Positions 1 to 13,060 of a stretch of 64,000 nt of DNA are shown here, one piece after another (position 1 is the first letter of the stretch; every line of letters starts with the position of its first letter). The notes beneath the pieces were generated by a model. It did no database searches. It worked only from the letters and a program-made list of their open reading frames with translations, and had not been told where the DNA came from. The stretch comes from Vicugna vicugna. Taxonomy: Eukaryota. The stretch lies in assembly GCA_013265495.1 (NCBI GenBank), contig MU061579.1, positions 6,548,124-6,612,123 of the forward strand, in the 5' to 3' direction. The position numbers and the translations under genes were made by a program.

Positions 1-414
1 TCATTATCTATTTTCATAGAGCTTATCACCTAGTAAATGCAAAGAGGAGGTAATACTTGATCCTGGATAGGAGGGTGAACTTTTTGCCCCCATTGGCAAA
101 GACAAAGGAAAGACTATTCAAGCACAGTAGATGGCTTGTGTCCAGGAGCACAAAACTGGGTGGAGTGATCTGAGTGAGAAGGGGATAGGTCTTTGCTTGA
201 ATGTACAGTGGAAGATTCAGGTTCTCAGAGCTTACTCATCAAATTCCCAGTCCCCTCTACCACCGCCAAAATGCTCACCAAGAATTCTGGATCTCTAAAT
301 TTCCCTTTTTTCCTGAAATTTACTGTCATCATTCCATTCAGCCTTATGCCATTTGTATTTTGTTTCTTAAGTGTTAACCTTGTTTCCACAACTAGGTTTT
401 AAAACTTGTAAATA

Positions 415-1830
415 TATAGGCACTTACTATGTGCCAAGAACTGGTGCTAAAGCTTACAATAAAGTGCAGTAAGACAGTAAAGAAACAAGGTCAATAAGTA
501 AATTACATAATATGTTAGATGGTAATAGTTATAATAAAGAAAAATAAAGCAGCACATAGAAATAGGAAAATCTGAAGCAGCATAATTTAAATAGAGTAGT
601 CACCAAAACCCTCATTAAAATGCTGGTGTTTTCTGAAGAAAGTAAGGAAGCAGGTCATAAAGACATCTGAGAGGAAAGCAAGCCAGGCAGAAAACAGCAA
701 GTGCAAAGGAGAGGAGGGATCATATTTCATTGATCAAGACATAGGCATGATGTCATCTCATGGCTGGTGCAGAGAGAGAAGGAAGTAAGACATTATGTCA
801 GTGAGCAGGAACTAGATTGGGTGGGCACTGTGTTCTCTGGTCTTTACTCTGAGTTAGAAGAGAAACCATTGGAGGCTTTTGAGCAGGGGAGTTCATGATC
901 TGACTTACATTTTAACAGGCTTCTCTGTTGATAACAGACTAAAGAGACACAAGCACAGTTTGGAAGCCAGTATTTATGTGACAAATGAGGGTATCATAGA
1001 CCAGAGTACCACAAAGGGTTGAGAAATGGTCAGTGCTAGGTATATTCTAAAGTAGAGTCCACAGGATTTATATCAATGACTGAATGTATGGTGTGAGAAG
1101 ATAAGAGCAAAGATCAGTTTGATGTGTCTGGCCCTAGTAACTGGAAATATGAAGTTGCCAATTACTGAGACAGAGAAGACCATGGGATGAGCTACTTTCA
1201 TGGAGCATATCAGGAATTTAATTTTAGACATATTATGTCTGAGATATTTATCTCTAGATCTGGATGTAGAGTCATCAGTCAAATTTATTAGTGTAGAATT
1301 CAGGGAAGAGATCTGTGCTCTAGACATAAATTTGGGAGTTGTTGGCATACTAGTAGAATTTAAGACCATGAGACCAGATGAGATCACCAAATATGTAACT
1401 GAAATAAAAAAGAGAAAATGTCTTAGGAGAGAGCCCTGGGAATTCCATACTTTAGAGGTCAGGGATATTAGAGTTAACCAACAAAGATGACTAAGAAGGA
1501 GCTGACTGTGAAATAAAAGAACAAACTAGTAGAGTGTGGTGTCCTGAAAGCCAAGAATCAGACAAAGATCAATTGGGCCAATCAATGCTGCTGACAGGCC
1601 AAAGTGAAACAGGACAATGGCATCAAGGGAGGTGATAGGTATCAGAGAGAAAAAAGCAGCACATAGGAACAGGAAATTCTGAAGGGGTAAAATGCTTTTA
1701 CAATAAGATAACAGCATGTTTGTAAGTTGCTGGGAATATTAATTCAAACTAAAAATAAGATGTAGCAAAGACAACAGACAACTGCCAGGGCTATGTCCTT
1801 GAGTAGTCAAAAGAGATGGGTCTTGAGAGT
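415..1830 (-). mobile_element. LINE-2 (L2a-like) long fragment
   Basis: Antisense L2 motifs: gcacttactatgtgccaag; ccattggaggcttttgagcaggggagttcatgatctgactt; aaatttgggagttgttggcatac; gtgtggtgtcctgaaagccaag. Confidence 0.85.
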
Positions 1831-3624
1831 TGGTGCCTATTTCTGTATTTCCATGGCCTACCACAAGTCTAACTGGAGTTCAGAATATTTGTTGACAGAC
1901 TAATTTCTCCCATGGATGAACAAAAAATAAGGACTATCATAAGACTAAGAAAATAATTCTTTGGAAAACATTTCATTATTCATTCAGTTTTACTGACATG
2001 ACTACTTGTCAGATATATGAACAAATATGTTCAATTTCCTTGAAATGTGGGGTTTAAAAACATTATCATATTTTCTCAGTATCAGAATACAAACTACCCT
2101 GTGGAACATAGTGTAATTCTAGTGAAAATAATGCATCTCTTTAACTAGTTATTCATGATACTATAAATGTCTAAAGCTAATCACTGTTATGCTGAGTATT
2201 GTTATACAAGTTGATGAATATTAATTACTAATTAGTATGCATCTAGATTTCACTGTTCACATGGAACATGCATATAAACAGATAAAATGAAAATGCATCC
2301 TAGAAATGGAATTACTATTTTATTACCTAATTTCATCAAACTCTAACCCCACTATGATCCCTGTCTCAAATGCAGATTTTTTCTTAAATTTATTCTTATC
2401 TGAATGATTAGATTGCAGTGAAAAAGAGTGATGTCTCCTCAAAACAGTAATATTTACCAAGGTAATTATTCATACCTACATATTTTCTTGTATTTTCACA
2501 TTTGGAAAAATGTGGTTTTCCTCCCAATGTCTCAAAATCACTCAAGTCCTTCTGACCCAATTCTAACAGGATCTATAAAAACTTTTCAAGAGAAAAAGAA
2601 AAACACTACAAAGTATCTCTTATAGGTCTAGAGCACTTTACAACCTTTAAAGTATTTTCAAATTTGTCCTCTCAGTTGATTGGATCCTTATAACTCTCCT
2701 GGGTCTCAGAAGCCAGCCAGAGAAAATCTGAGAGCAGCTGTTAGAGTAGGAATCAAAGATTTATCAAGAGTGCCTGCTGGGGTTTATGCATTGGGAAGTG
2801 GTACTGAAGGCATAGGTTTTGTGATAGTTAACTGTGGCTTGCAAAAGCAGCAGCCGTACCAGGAGAAGTTGGGGTGGGTTGTTGATATGAAATGCTACAG
2901 TCAGAGGGGTTCTGGAAAGGGAAAACCAGTGTTGGACCCATAGAAGTGTGGGTCATGAAAAAAGAGGCTTATATTCTGACTCTCCACCTAGAGTTTTACA
3001 AGTAGAGGAGTCCTAGAGTTGGTCTTTGAAGTTGCTTCCAATACCCACAATAGGAGGTGACTGCTTTGTCTTACATGGAGGCCCAAAGATGCTAAACTAA
3101 GGGGTTATATCATTACTGAGATGTAGCTAACATCAAACACTACTCTATCCCTTTCTACAATTTCCCTCATGACATTTGAAGATAATTCTATGGTATGTTT
3201 TACCAATTTCAATTTTGGAAATTTAAAGAAAAAATTTTCGAATATTGATTAAAAACATCCAGAGATTTCATCTTTATTCAGTTTTTTCTTAAAAAAAAAA
3301 GGATATGGTCAGAAATCAAAGTAGTTAAATGATGCCTGTGAAGCTTCTATAATTAAAAAAATTTTTTTTCATGAATTTTAACGTGTCAGGTTTTCTTCAA
3401 ATTGTAGAAGACTAGCATGCTGACTGCCCATCATTACTCAAATAGAATACAGTTTTTTTTTTTCAAAATAATATTTGGGTGCTTGCTGATTTAGTTTCTC
3501 TCTTTCTCTCTCCTCTTTCCCTCTCTAACAGATTTTCTCCCTCTAATGTAAATTTAAGAATGATCTTGTGTGGAAATCATCTTGGATACATAATTCAAAA
3601 ATTTAGTTATTTTGTAATAGTATA

Positions 3625-3835
3625 GTAATAGGAAATGAAATGAATTTGACTTAGAGCTGAACTGGCTTTCCAACTCTATCACTTTCTTGCACTGTGATTT
3701 GGTCATGTCTGAGCCTTCATTTATTCATCTATTAAGGAGTATAATAATACTTCCCTGATAGTGTCCTTCTGAGGTTTAAATTATAATGGTTATACAATTC
3801 TTAGCCTGAAGCGACACATAATATTCAATAATATG
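3625..3835 (+). mobile_element. MIR SINE
   Basis: MIR core-like: ctgtgatttggtcatgtctgagccttcatttattcatctattaaggagtataataatacttccct. Confidence 0.7.
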
Positions 3836-4405
3836 TGGGGTTTTTTTTTCAAACATCACTAGGTCACAAATCTACCTTTCTCTACAAACAATTTTTGGGT
3901 TATAGTAACAGCCCAAGTCAAGTTTCCAGACATCCTCCGTCATATTTCCTAAGTGATGTAATAACACTAATGTTCTCCGTCCAATCCAAGTAAACTCACT
4001 TAATGCCTTGACCTCTACCATTTCTCAGATTTAACAAAACCTACCACCACAATGATTTTCCATTATCTCCTTGAAAAATGAAAATAAAACAAAAATGTTC
4101 AAGTTACTGAAAGTATTGCTCAGTATTAACCAACTTCCTGTGAAAATCTTCCCAAAGAAAGCCTAGCAGATTGCAATCACTTAGTGACTCTAACATCCTG
4201 TTTGTAACTAAAATGTGTTCATATTTCTGTTTGTCAACTTCTTAGCTATTTTCATTTAGGGAATGTTCTATTTCATCCTTTAGAAGCTAATTTTATGTCA
4301 TGTCCCTTCAAATGTGTAATTTTGTATTCCACATAGCGATTAGCAAATGTACTCCCTAAGATGTGTATTATACTTAATAACTAGTCTTACTCAAATGACA
4401 TTACT

Positions 4406-4558
4406 CAGTGCTTTCCAAACTTATCCGAAGATAAGAATCATCTGTTGTCCTGGCTAAAATGCAAATTCCTAGGTCCCCAACCCAACCTGATGAATTTAAA
4501 TTTCCAGGAAAGAAAGCATCCTAAATGGTACTTTTCATTCAGGATGTTTGAGAAACTA
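4406..4558. mobile_element. MER5-family hAT-Charlie MITE
   Basis: Termini cagtgctttccaaac ... tttgagaaact; internal aaaatgcaaattcctaggtcccc. Confidence 0.7.
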
Positions 4559-4569
4559 ACTCATTTTGA

Positions 4570-4900
4570 AAAACAGAGCTAAGCTGCTTCCATCAACCCC
4601 AGAAGGGCTAGCTGAAGTTACAAGAAGAGAAATAAAAATCTTCCTCTGAGATGCAGGAAGAAAAAGTGAGAAAGAATATAAGCTCTGATTAATTTGTGTG
4701 TGTTGGGGATGTGGTAGGAAGTTGAGAATGCTAATGCTTAATGAGCTTTGGTTTCTCTGGGAGGTAAGAAAGTGCAGCCATCTGCTGAGGCAAGAGGAAG
4801 GAAAGCTGTCAGGGGATTGAGGAGCATGACGAAAGTTGGACATATGTAAGGAGAGGAGGAGTGGAGACAGGTAAGAATCATGGAGAAGAGTTTAGGTGAT
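4570..4900 (-). mobile_element. Old L2 fragment
   Basis: Purine-rich antisense L2-like text (ttctctgggaggtaagaaagtgcagccatctgctgagg); very diverged. Confidence 0.4.
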
Positions 4901-5025
4901 AATTGAGTACTCTCTGTCATAGGGATACATTTTGGGTATTAAGATAAATTTACGTTTATATAGTGGCTGTGATGGTACCAAATAACCTAGCTAGGTGGAA
5001 AATTTCCTAAAAGAAGGCTAACAGG

Positions 5026-5541
5026 TATGGTAGGCAGCTTCTTCAATGACCTTAGCTTCCTATTAATTATCCTGTTAATTACTCTCATGTAATTTTCTCC
5101 CCTTGTTTGTGAGCTGAACTTATTGATTCACTTTCAATGAATACAACATGGCAGAAGTAATGGTTGAGTTATAAAAAGATTGTTATGAAAAGCTTTCAAG
5201 TGGGTCTTTCTCTCACTTACTTTTGGATTATTCATGGTATGGGAAACCAGCTACCAAAGAATCCTTGTAGAGAGGCCAGATGCGTAAGATTGGAAATGGT
5301 CACCTGAGGCCTGTCAACAGCCACATTAATGAGCTTAGAAGTGGATCTTTTGACTCCCACCAACAATGTCTTTGGTCACAGAAGTGAGTCCTGAGATGAC
5401 TGCAGTTCTGATCAACAGCTTGACTACATCCATATGGACAGATCTTGGGCCAGAGTCACTTAGCTAAACCACACCTGGATTTCTTACCCACTGAAACTAT
5501 GGGATAACAGATGTTGCTGCTACACAGCAGGAGATACATAA
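5026..5541 (+). mobile_element. MaLR solo LTR (MLT1F-like)
   Basis: Start tatggtaggcagcttc; acatggcagaagtaatgg; gagatgactgcagttctg; cacttagctaaaccacacctggatttcttacccactgaaactatgggataac. Confidence 0.8.
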
Positions 5542-7187
5542 AGGAGTATATAAAGACATAATTAGGCAAAACAAAGAAATTGGCTAGAAATTAAGCCTTG
5601 ACAATGTAAATGTTTGTAATTATAATTCAATTTCATTAATTTTTAAAACATAAGTTCGATACTTTTTTCTATTTTTCATTACATTCATAATTCAGTTTCT
5701 TATTTATGAGGCATATGGTATATCATTATCCTGATTTTTTCCCTTGGGTGTAGAAATTTTGCCCTGCTGTACCCTCAAGTTTAGGTACTAATGAAAACAA
5801 ATTGCCAGAAATAAGAGCAGAAGATTAAGGGAATAACACATTTTGATATGTTCTAAATCTTTAATCATTTATCTATAACAGGAATACTAAGATGATGTAG
5901 CACTAGGTAATGTCTGCAATAATACAAATAGGATCTTTAAAACATGTAAATGTATCAATTCTTAATATTCAGATGATCCCAAACTCCTAAGTATCTAACA
6001 TAGAAATACTTTCCATTTTATATTTTAGCCAACCAGTTAATTATTTTTCTCAAAACTTTTGTTTATGTAATGAGGTTTATAACAATAACATCTCCATAAG
6101 AGGAACAGGCCATATGTCTATATGTTATGGCCAATAAAATTAATAATTATCCTGTAAATTTAAAGTTAATATATGAAAGAAAATTCAGGAACAATATGAC
6201 AGATTTATAGCTACAGCTCTTCAATCTCTCACTTACCTGATTTATGTAATGCCATTCTCTGAACCCTGCCTGAATCCTAGTAGATTCTCATTCATTACAT
6301 CAGAAATACTAATTAGATTGGCTTGAGGAATGAGCAGTCTTTATAGAATTATAAACATTTATCCTTTAGCTTTTTATATTACCATAATGCTCTTACTTAT
6401 GCATGCCATGTGCTCATAGATCTTTGGAAATAATTCTTGACACTTGATTTATGAAATAATGAACACAGACTTCATAGGGTATATTGTAATAGCACATACA
6501 TACACGCACACACACATTATTTTGTATTCAAGAACTGTAATTTCTCCTTTACTACAAAATAATACAGGAAAATACTCATTTATAATAGCAAATATAAAAA
6601 ATGTATTTTTAAAATTAAACTACTAAATGTGTGAGCTACTAGAACTCTGAACAGCAGCAGTTTATTTTCTACATAATAATGGCCAAAGAAAGGGCAGCAA
6701 ATTCTAAAAATCAAAAACTCAGCATTTTGAGCAACCAACTAGAAGAAGAAGATATAAACTTACATTTAAAGGATGCTTTGGTTAGTCAGTTAAAGGTGGT
6801 AAAAATAAAACAAGACCCTTAATAAATTTTTGTGAAAATTATTAACAAGTGGGAAAAATATCCGAATTACATGAGTTTCTTTAGAGAACTGAGCTGGTAC
6901 ATTTGATTTATCAAATATCTACTTGAAGCATATCAGCATAACTTTTGTTTCAGTTAGGCATACTATACTCAGTTGCATTACAAAATAGCAACCATACCGA
7001 GTCTTGAACACTGTTTCCAAAGATATTTTTACATTGGAATCACATCCTTATAATTATCTTACAACATCATTCTAGAATTTTAGATCTTAGCTAAGTTAAT
7101 TCATCAAATAATTTGAACCAGTTCAACTGACCCTGGCTTCATTTCAGGTGATTTTATTTTGGAAGAAAGAGATCGTAGTCATACCCA

Positions 7188-7300
7188 TATGTGTACACAC
7201 AGGCCTACACATGCTGTAAACACACAAGCCACACATACACACACACATACACACACACAAGCACACAAGTACACATACACATGCCACATATGCCCACACA
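7188..7300. repeat. Degenerate (CA)n-rich simple repeat
   Basis: Interrupted acac/acat runs seen directly; explains the Cys/Val-rich minus-strand ORFs at 7144-7395. Confidence 0.9.
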
Positions 7301-7764
7301 AAAACCATGAGCAGATGCCTGAAATCTGAACACAGATTGCTTTGGAGCCCAAGGTCCAACCCAGGGAAGCCTTCAACTGCAGGTGATGATGTCAAATTGG
7401 AGAAGTTCAGATCATGCTGGGACCAACTGTATTTCTGTGGTTTACATCTCTAACAATGGAAGAACTTAGACTACCCATCCATTCACTGTCACTCAAAGAA
7501 GATGTTAACAACTATAGGCCTCTTCTTTTTTTGAAAATATGCAAGTCTACATCTTACACTTTGGGTATAAAAGAGAAAAATATCCAATCAGTGCTCCAGC
7601 CTTCCAGAATTCTATAAAATCTCCTCTCAATAATTCTCTTTATAGCACTGATATCATCTAGATAATTTTGGAGGGTTAAATGACAATATTTTTTACTTCT
7701 TTACTTTCTATTCAATAACCTGTTTCAAAATTTGTATTCAATATCAGAGACAGCTAAGAAAAAT

Positions 7765-8230
7765 TTTGCTGATGTTTCTCAGATGTGTATCTCTAGTGCT
7801 GACATTTATCCTAAATACAAGGGCTATATTTTCACCCATTTTCTAGAACTATCTATCTGGAAGAACCATAAGAACAAGTGATGCAAATATGCTAAAACCA
7901 AACATATCATCTTGTGTTCCTATTCCCATTTGTCCTCAAAGCTCCCTCTGCTCCCATTTTGCCTATATATGACCATTCTCGCCATCGGGGGCAAAATCTT
8001 GGAGTTTCACTGAAAAATCTTTGTACATGCCTGTATTATTTTTTACCTCAATTATTTTAATTACCCCCAAGTGGCCTCCTTTCCTTTGTCTTGGTACCTT
8101 CTGTTTATCCTCCAAATTATAAGGCAGAATCACTTATCTTGAATGCAAATCAGAACATTTCTCTCTTCTGTTGGGAAAGTCTTCAGTGATCCATCATTGT
8201 TTTCAGAATAAAGTAAAATACAACAAGCAA
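7765..8230 (+). mobile_element. L2 fragment
   Basis: tgctgatgtttctcagatgtgtatctctag; aatgcaaatcagaacatttctctcttctg; ttcagaataaagtaaaa. Confidence 0.6.
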
Positions 8231-8639
8231 TTTCTTTTTCGGTCTTGTCCCTCTGGCGCCCGTACATATGTTGCCACAAATATCAGTTTCTATTTCCTAC
8301 ATGCATTGTGTGATCTCACAGAGCTCTCACACAGCGTTCCATTGCCTGGTTAACCACTTCCCTCACTCGGAAAATTCAGATCTTGAGGACTCAGGAATCA
8401 TTTCATCACTACTCATTCCTGCCAGGCAAGCAGAATTACACGCATTTGTTCTTTAGCTCTTAAGAAGATTTACTGTATAGATCTTAAGGCTATATTGCTT
8501 TTTAGTTACCTCTTGCTCTGTGCTTTTCTTAAAAACAAATAAATAGTGGCAGAAATTTATTACTGCACAAAACTGAACTTGCAAAGGGCAGAAATTTTAA
8601 CACCATTAAGCCTTGTGTTTGCATGTATATGCTCTCGCT

Positions 8640-8960
8640 CTCTCTCTTCCTCTCATCTTTTCGTGCTTCACATCAGAATATTTATTTTGTCTACTGAATG
8701 ACAGGCATCCGTGTGTGGTGAGAAACATGGGAACTTGGTCTCACTATATTAGACAGATATACTATCAGTACCCAAGATCCAAAAAACAGAGAGTTTTTTT
8801 TTTTTCTCTCAGTCTAATTAGAAAAAAATTCAGAGAAGACTCATATTGGTTTCCTTGTGGTGGATGCTCACCTCTGGACCTGTCACTGTGGCTAGAAGGA
8901 CTGAGTACTAGGATTGATTGTTTCTGACACATCCCTCCATGATGGGACCCAAGATTTAGG
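8640..8960 (-). mobile_element. Old MaLR LTR fragment (MLT1J/K-like)
   Basis: agagaagactcatattggtttcc...cacctctggacctgtcactgtggctagaagg resembles antisense MLT1J/K. Confidence 0.45.
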
Positions 8961-10780
8961 ATGCCTTCTGTGCCATTCCCAGGTAGAGAAACTCTGGTCC
9001 TCCTGGGTTACCTACCACACTACCATGTGACTACTCTGGGCTCTTTCACCAGAAAGTGAATTGGGTTAGGAGAGTCTGAGATCAACAAAAAGAAGAGTTA
9101 TAATTGCCTCCGAACTCTTACTTTCTAAACCAGCCTAATTCAGATTCAGAGAGTCAGAGTCGTAGTCTTACAACACAACCTTAGTTATGCTAACCAGCCA
9201 CTGCCTTCCTTAAATAAAATTCACATCCCTAGAAGTCATCCAGCCTTCCTCTGCAACAGGTTAAGTTGAAACAGGTTATGATTATTGGTGACATTTTTTC
9301 CTTTGGAAGCTTGCATTTGATTAACCTAAACAAAATGGGAAAAGTGTTTGTTATTGAAGAAAGAGAATCCTCAAAGATTATACTGCTTCTAATGGGTGCC
9401 TTCTCACTGAGTTCAGTGAAATGTTATGAATCCACATTCCTTTCAATCCTGTGAAATTTTGAAAATTGTCTTTCCAGAAGGACAAAGGAATCTGTCACAC
9501 ATCAGCAATATTTCTGTCTTTTGACAAACTGCTCTTTATGTTCCTTTACTTTATGTAAGATCTTACCTATTCAAGTCTTTAGAAATGAAGGCATCAGCTT
9601 GGTTGACACTTCTCATAATTTAAAGTGAGAAACACTTATTTTAATACAAGATACAATCTCATTGCCAACAATTACGTTGTTTTATGTGTATCCAAGTGCC
9701 AGGGAAACAGTATTTCCAATGGTAAAAAACAACTTTCCTCTAGTAATACCACTTATTAATAGAATAATTGTATGAAGAATGAATTAGAATTAGACAAAAA
9801 GGATTTGTAAAAAAGAATCAGCATATAAAGGCTTTATCTAAAGATCTGAAAAGTTTATGCTAGATGTGTAATTATTCATTGTTTAGCGTTTCTTGAAAGG
9901 ACGGTTGGAGCTGCCTAAAGGAAAGGGAACATTAAAGTGGGGGTGAGTTCTCAATTGTAGGTAATAGAGTTGTGGTTTTTCTATTTAAAAGTATTAGGGT
10001 ATCATCATATTAATGGACAGATTCAGAAAGGCAACAATGACTTGAAGGTTAAGGGTTCAGTCCTCAAAGTAAGACATAACTGGCTTTCAACTGAACAAAT
10101 ATGTAAGAATTAGACTCTGGAAAATAAGATTTCTTTGGAATTTTGAATTTGCCAGACCCCTGCAGTTTGACAGTGCTGATCACAAGCTACTGCCTGTTTG
10201 TATTCAGTATGGGTCGCAGCAGAAATAGGCCATGGACGTAAGACTCCACAAGCCTGAGAAGCAGGGGTCTTGAATGTGAAGTCCCTGTAGCTTGACCTTA
10301 ATTTCTTTAGGCACCTGTGCCACAGGCATAGTAGCTACAAGGATTATTAGCAAAGAAAGTCTTTTAATCCCAGGGAAAGCTCACTTTGTATAAAGTAGAG
10401 TTTCAGTTATTGCTCCTATTGGACTTTTCAGCCAAGTATGTATGTCAGTAGACTGGGGCTTTGAACAGCAAAGGTGCCTGAAATCTATAGGTGCTACTTG
10501 AAATGAAGCAGAGAAATAATTCAGTAACAATGTTACAAGGGAGTGACATACCAAGAATGTGAATATGAAATCCTGGACTCTCCTTCCCCTCCTATGACAT
10601 GGATTGAACAACAATGAATATATCAACTCTCTTTGTGAGAAATCAAGAAACTAGTTAAGAGGGTTCTCCACCCCAGGTAAGTGAATAACTCTCAACTTTA
10701 AAACTAGCAGGGGAAGCAGAGACATCCTCTTACCAAAATACTCACCCCCAGAACAGTGCCCTATAATTAGGATGGAGCTT

Positions 10781-11430
10781 CCAGCTCCCAACTTCTCCCT
10801 GAGGAGTGAGTGAGGTGGTCTGCACATCCAACATCCCCACTTCTCTGGGTTTCTACATGAGGGACTCACTTTTCTCTCTCTTCTTTGAGAGCTGATGGAG
10901 TATTATGCTAGTCCCTCAGGGGCTACAGAGAACAAAACAATAGTCAGGACTAGCATGCAGGCATTGATCACAGCTCTTCTCTCTGGCTCAGCGCAGAATG
11001 AGTGATGATACACCCAAGCTCTCAGCTTCCCCAAGGAGTAAAAGCACTGGACTGTGCATATAATTTCCAACACTTACAGGTGCTTCCAGAGAAACCGACT
11101 TCTATCTCACATGTTTCAGAGATCAGACAGGGCCTAGCATATACCAGTCCCCTGTAGGGTACAGAGAGAAAAACTATGGTTTGAACTAGTGGGTGAGCAC
11201 TTACCTCAGCTCCCTTCCTTGGCTTAGCATAGAGTGAGTGGGTAATACAACCCAGCTCCCAGTGTCGCCTTGAGGAGGGAAGAATTGGACTGCACACCCA
11301 GGATTTCAACTTCTCTGGAGCCATCCAAAAGACTGGCTTCTCTCTTGTCTGTCAGAGTGCTGATGGGGCCTGGCATACTCTAGACACCTGGGTGCAGCAA
11401 GGAACAAAGACGATAGTACGGACTAGTATT
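10781..11430 (+). repeat. About 2.8 diverged ~235-bp tandem monomers in the L1 5'UTR
   Basis: Unit starts ccagctcccaac (10781), caagctctcagc (11015), ccagctcccagt (11252), with shared internal motifs. Confidence 0.8.
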
Positions 11431-11589
11431 AACTTTAGAGAGGCCCACAAAAGGTCAGGCCAGGTTGAAAGTGAAAGATTTTTCCTGTACAAGGCCAATC
11501 TGAGAATATTGGGAGAGATGGCAGTTTTTGTTTTTGTTTTTGTTTGCATAAATACTAACTCAGAATCAAATAAAATTAACAAACAGGAT

Positions 11590-12600
11590 AAATTGATCCC
11601 AAGGAAGAAACCAGATATAACTCCAAAAGTCTACTTTAATGAAATAGAGTTATAGAATTTGCCTGACAAAGAATTCAAGCATGATAAAAATGTTCAATGA
11701 ACAAAGGGAGAATTTCCAAAAAATGGTAGAAAATTTTGAAAAGAGTGAAATAGAAATACTAGAGCTGAAGAATACAGTAAGTGAACTTAAAAATTCAATA
11801 GAAGGGTTTAATAGATTAGAAGACACAGAAGAGAAAACCAGCAAACTTGAAGACAGGTCATTTAAAAGAGGAACATAAAGAGAAAAACTGAAGAAAGCTT
11901 AAGAGACTTATGGGACAACATCAAGTAGGTGATATGCGTTATGAAAATCTCAGAAAGAGAGGAGAGAGAAAGAGGATTACAAAGATTATTCAAAGAAATA
12001 ATGGCTGAAACTTACCAAATCTAAAAAAGAAAATGGACATCAGATTTAGAAAGCTCAAAGGATTCCAAAAAAGTTGAATTCAAAGAAATTTACACCAGTG
12101 GGGAGGGTACAGCCTAAGTGGTAGAGTGCACGCTTAGCCTGCACGAGGTCCTGGGTTCAATTCTTAGCACCTCCTCTAAAAATAAAGCCTAATTACCTCT
12201 CCTCCCTACCAAAATAAAATAATTAAATAATACATTAAAAAAATAATTTAAAAAAAAACAAAGAAATTTACACCAATGTACTTTATAATTAAATTGTCAA
12301 AATTCAGAGAATTTTGGAAAGTAGCAAGAAAAAAGTGACTTGTTGCATACATGGGAACTGTATAAGACCATCAGCAAAATTTTCTGCAAAAATTTTCCAG
12401 GGCAGGAGGGAGTGGAATGATATATATGATATTCTGAGGGGAAAAAAAAAAACCTGCCAACAAAGAATACTATACCTTGTAAAACTGACCTTCAAAAATT
12501 AAGGACAAATAAGACTGTCTCAGACAAGCAAAAGCTGAAGGACCTACACCAGACTTGCTTTATGAGAAATGATTAAGGGAGTTTTTCAACTTGAAATGAA
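11590..12600 (+). pseudogene. L1 ORF1p remnant, frameshifted and interrupted by a SINE
   Basis: ORFs 11681-11878 (EILELKNTVSELKNSIEGFNRLEDTEEKTSKLEDRSF, coiled coil) and 12314-12502 (IRPSAKFSAKIFQGRREWNDIY...QQRILY, C-terminal domain). Confidence 0.9.
12098..12258 (+). mobile_element. vic-1-type camelid tRNA-derived SINE
   Basis: tRNA-like head with A box (~12110-12121) and B box ggttcaattc (12154-12163), A-rich tail, perfect 17-bp TSD caaagaaatttacacca (12081-12097; 12259-12275). Confidence 0.9.
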
Positions 12601-13060
12601 AGATACTAAACAGCAACACAATAACATATAAAGTATAGAATTCTTTGGTAAAAGTAAATATATTGACGAATATAGAATAATGTACTAGTGTAATAATGGT
12701 GGGTAAATCAATTTAAATACTAGTATAAAACTTTTTAAAGGTATTAAAATAACTACAACTAAAATACATTAAAGTATACATAATATGTATTGATATAAAC
12801 TGTGATATCAATAACAAAGTGTTGGAAAGGAGTAAAAGTGTAGAGTTTCTTATGCAATAGAAGTTAAGTTGCTATCGGCTTAAAACAGACTGTTATAATT
12901 ATGGTATTTTATATACACCCCATGGTAACTGCGAAGAAAATACTATAGCTGTTATGCAAAAGAAAAATGAAAAGGAATCATAGCATACCAACACAAATAA
13001 ACAAAAAACCCAAATAAAACAAAAAGGAAGACAGCAAAAGAAAGAAAAGGAATTAACAAA

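Noticed and set aside
2680..2943. 87-aa ORF in a G-richer patch
   Set aside because: Non-ATG start and no recognisable homology; more likely old LTR-derived or neutral DNA.
12098..12175. tRNA gene
   Set aside because: The tRNA-like head is followed by a SINE tail and flanked by a TSD, so it is a SINE.
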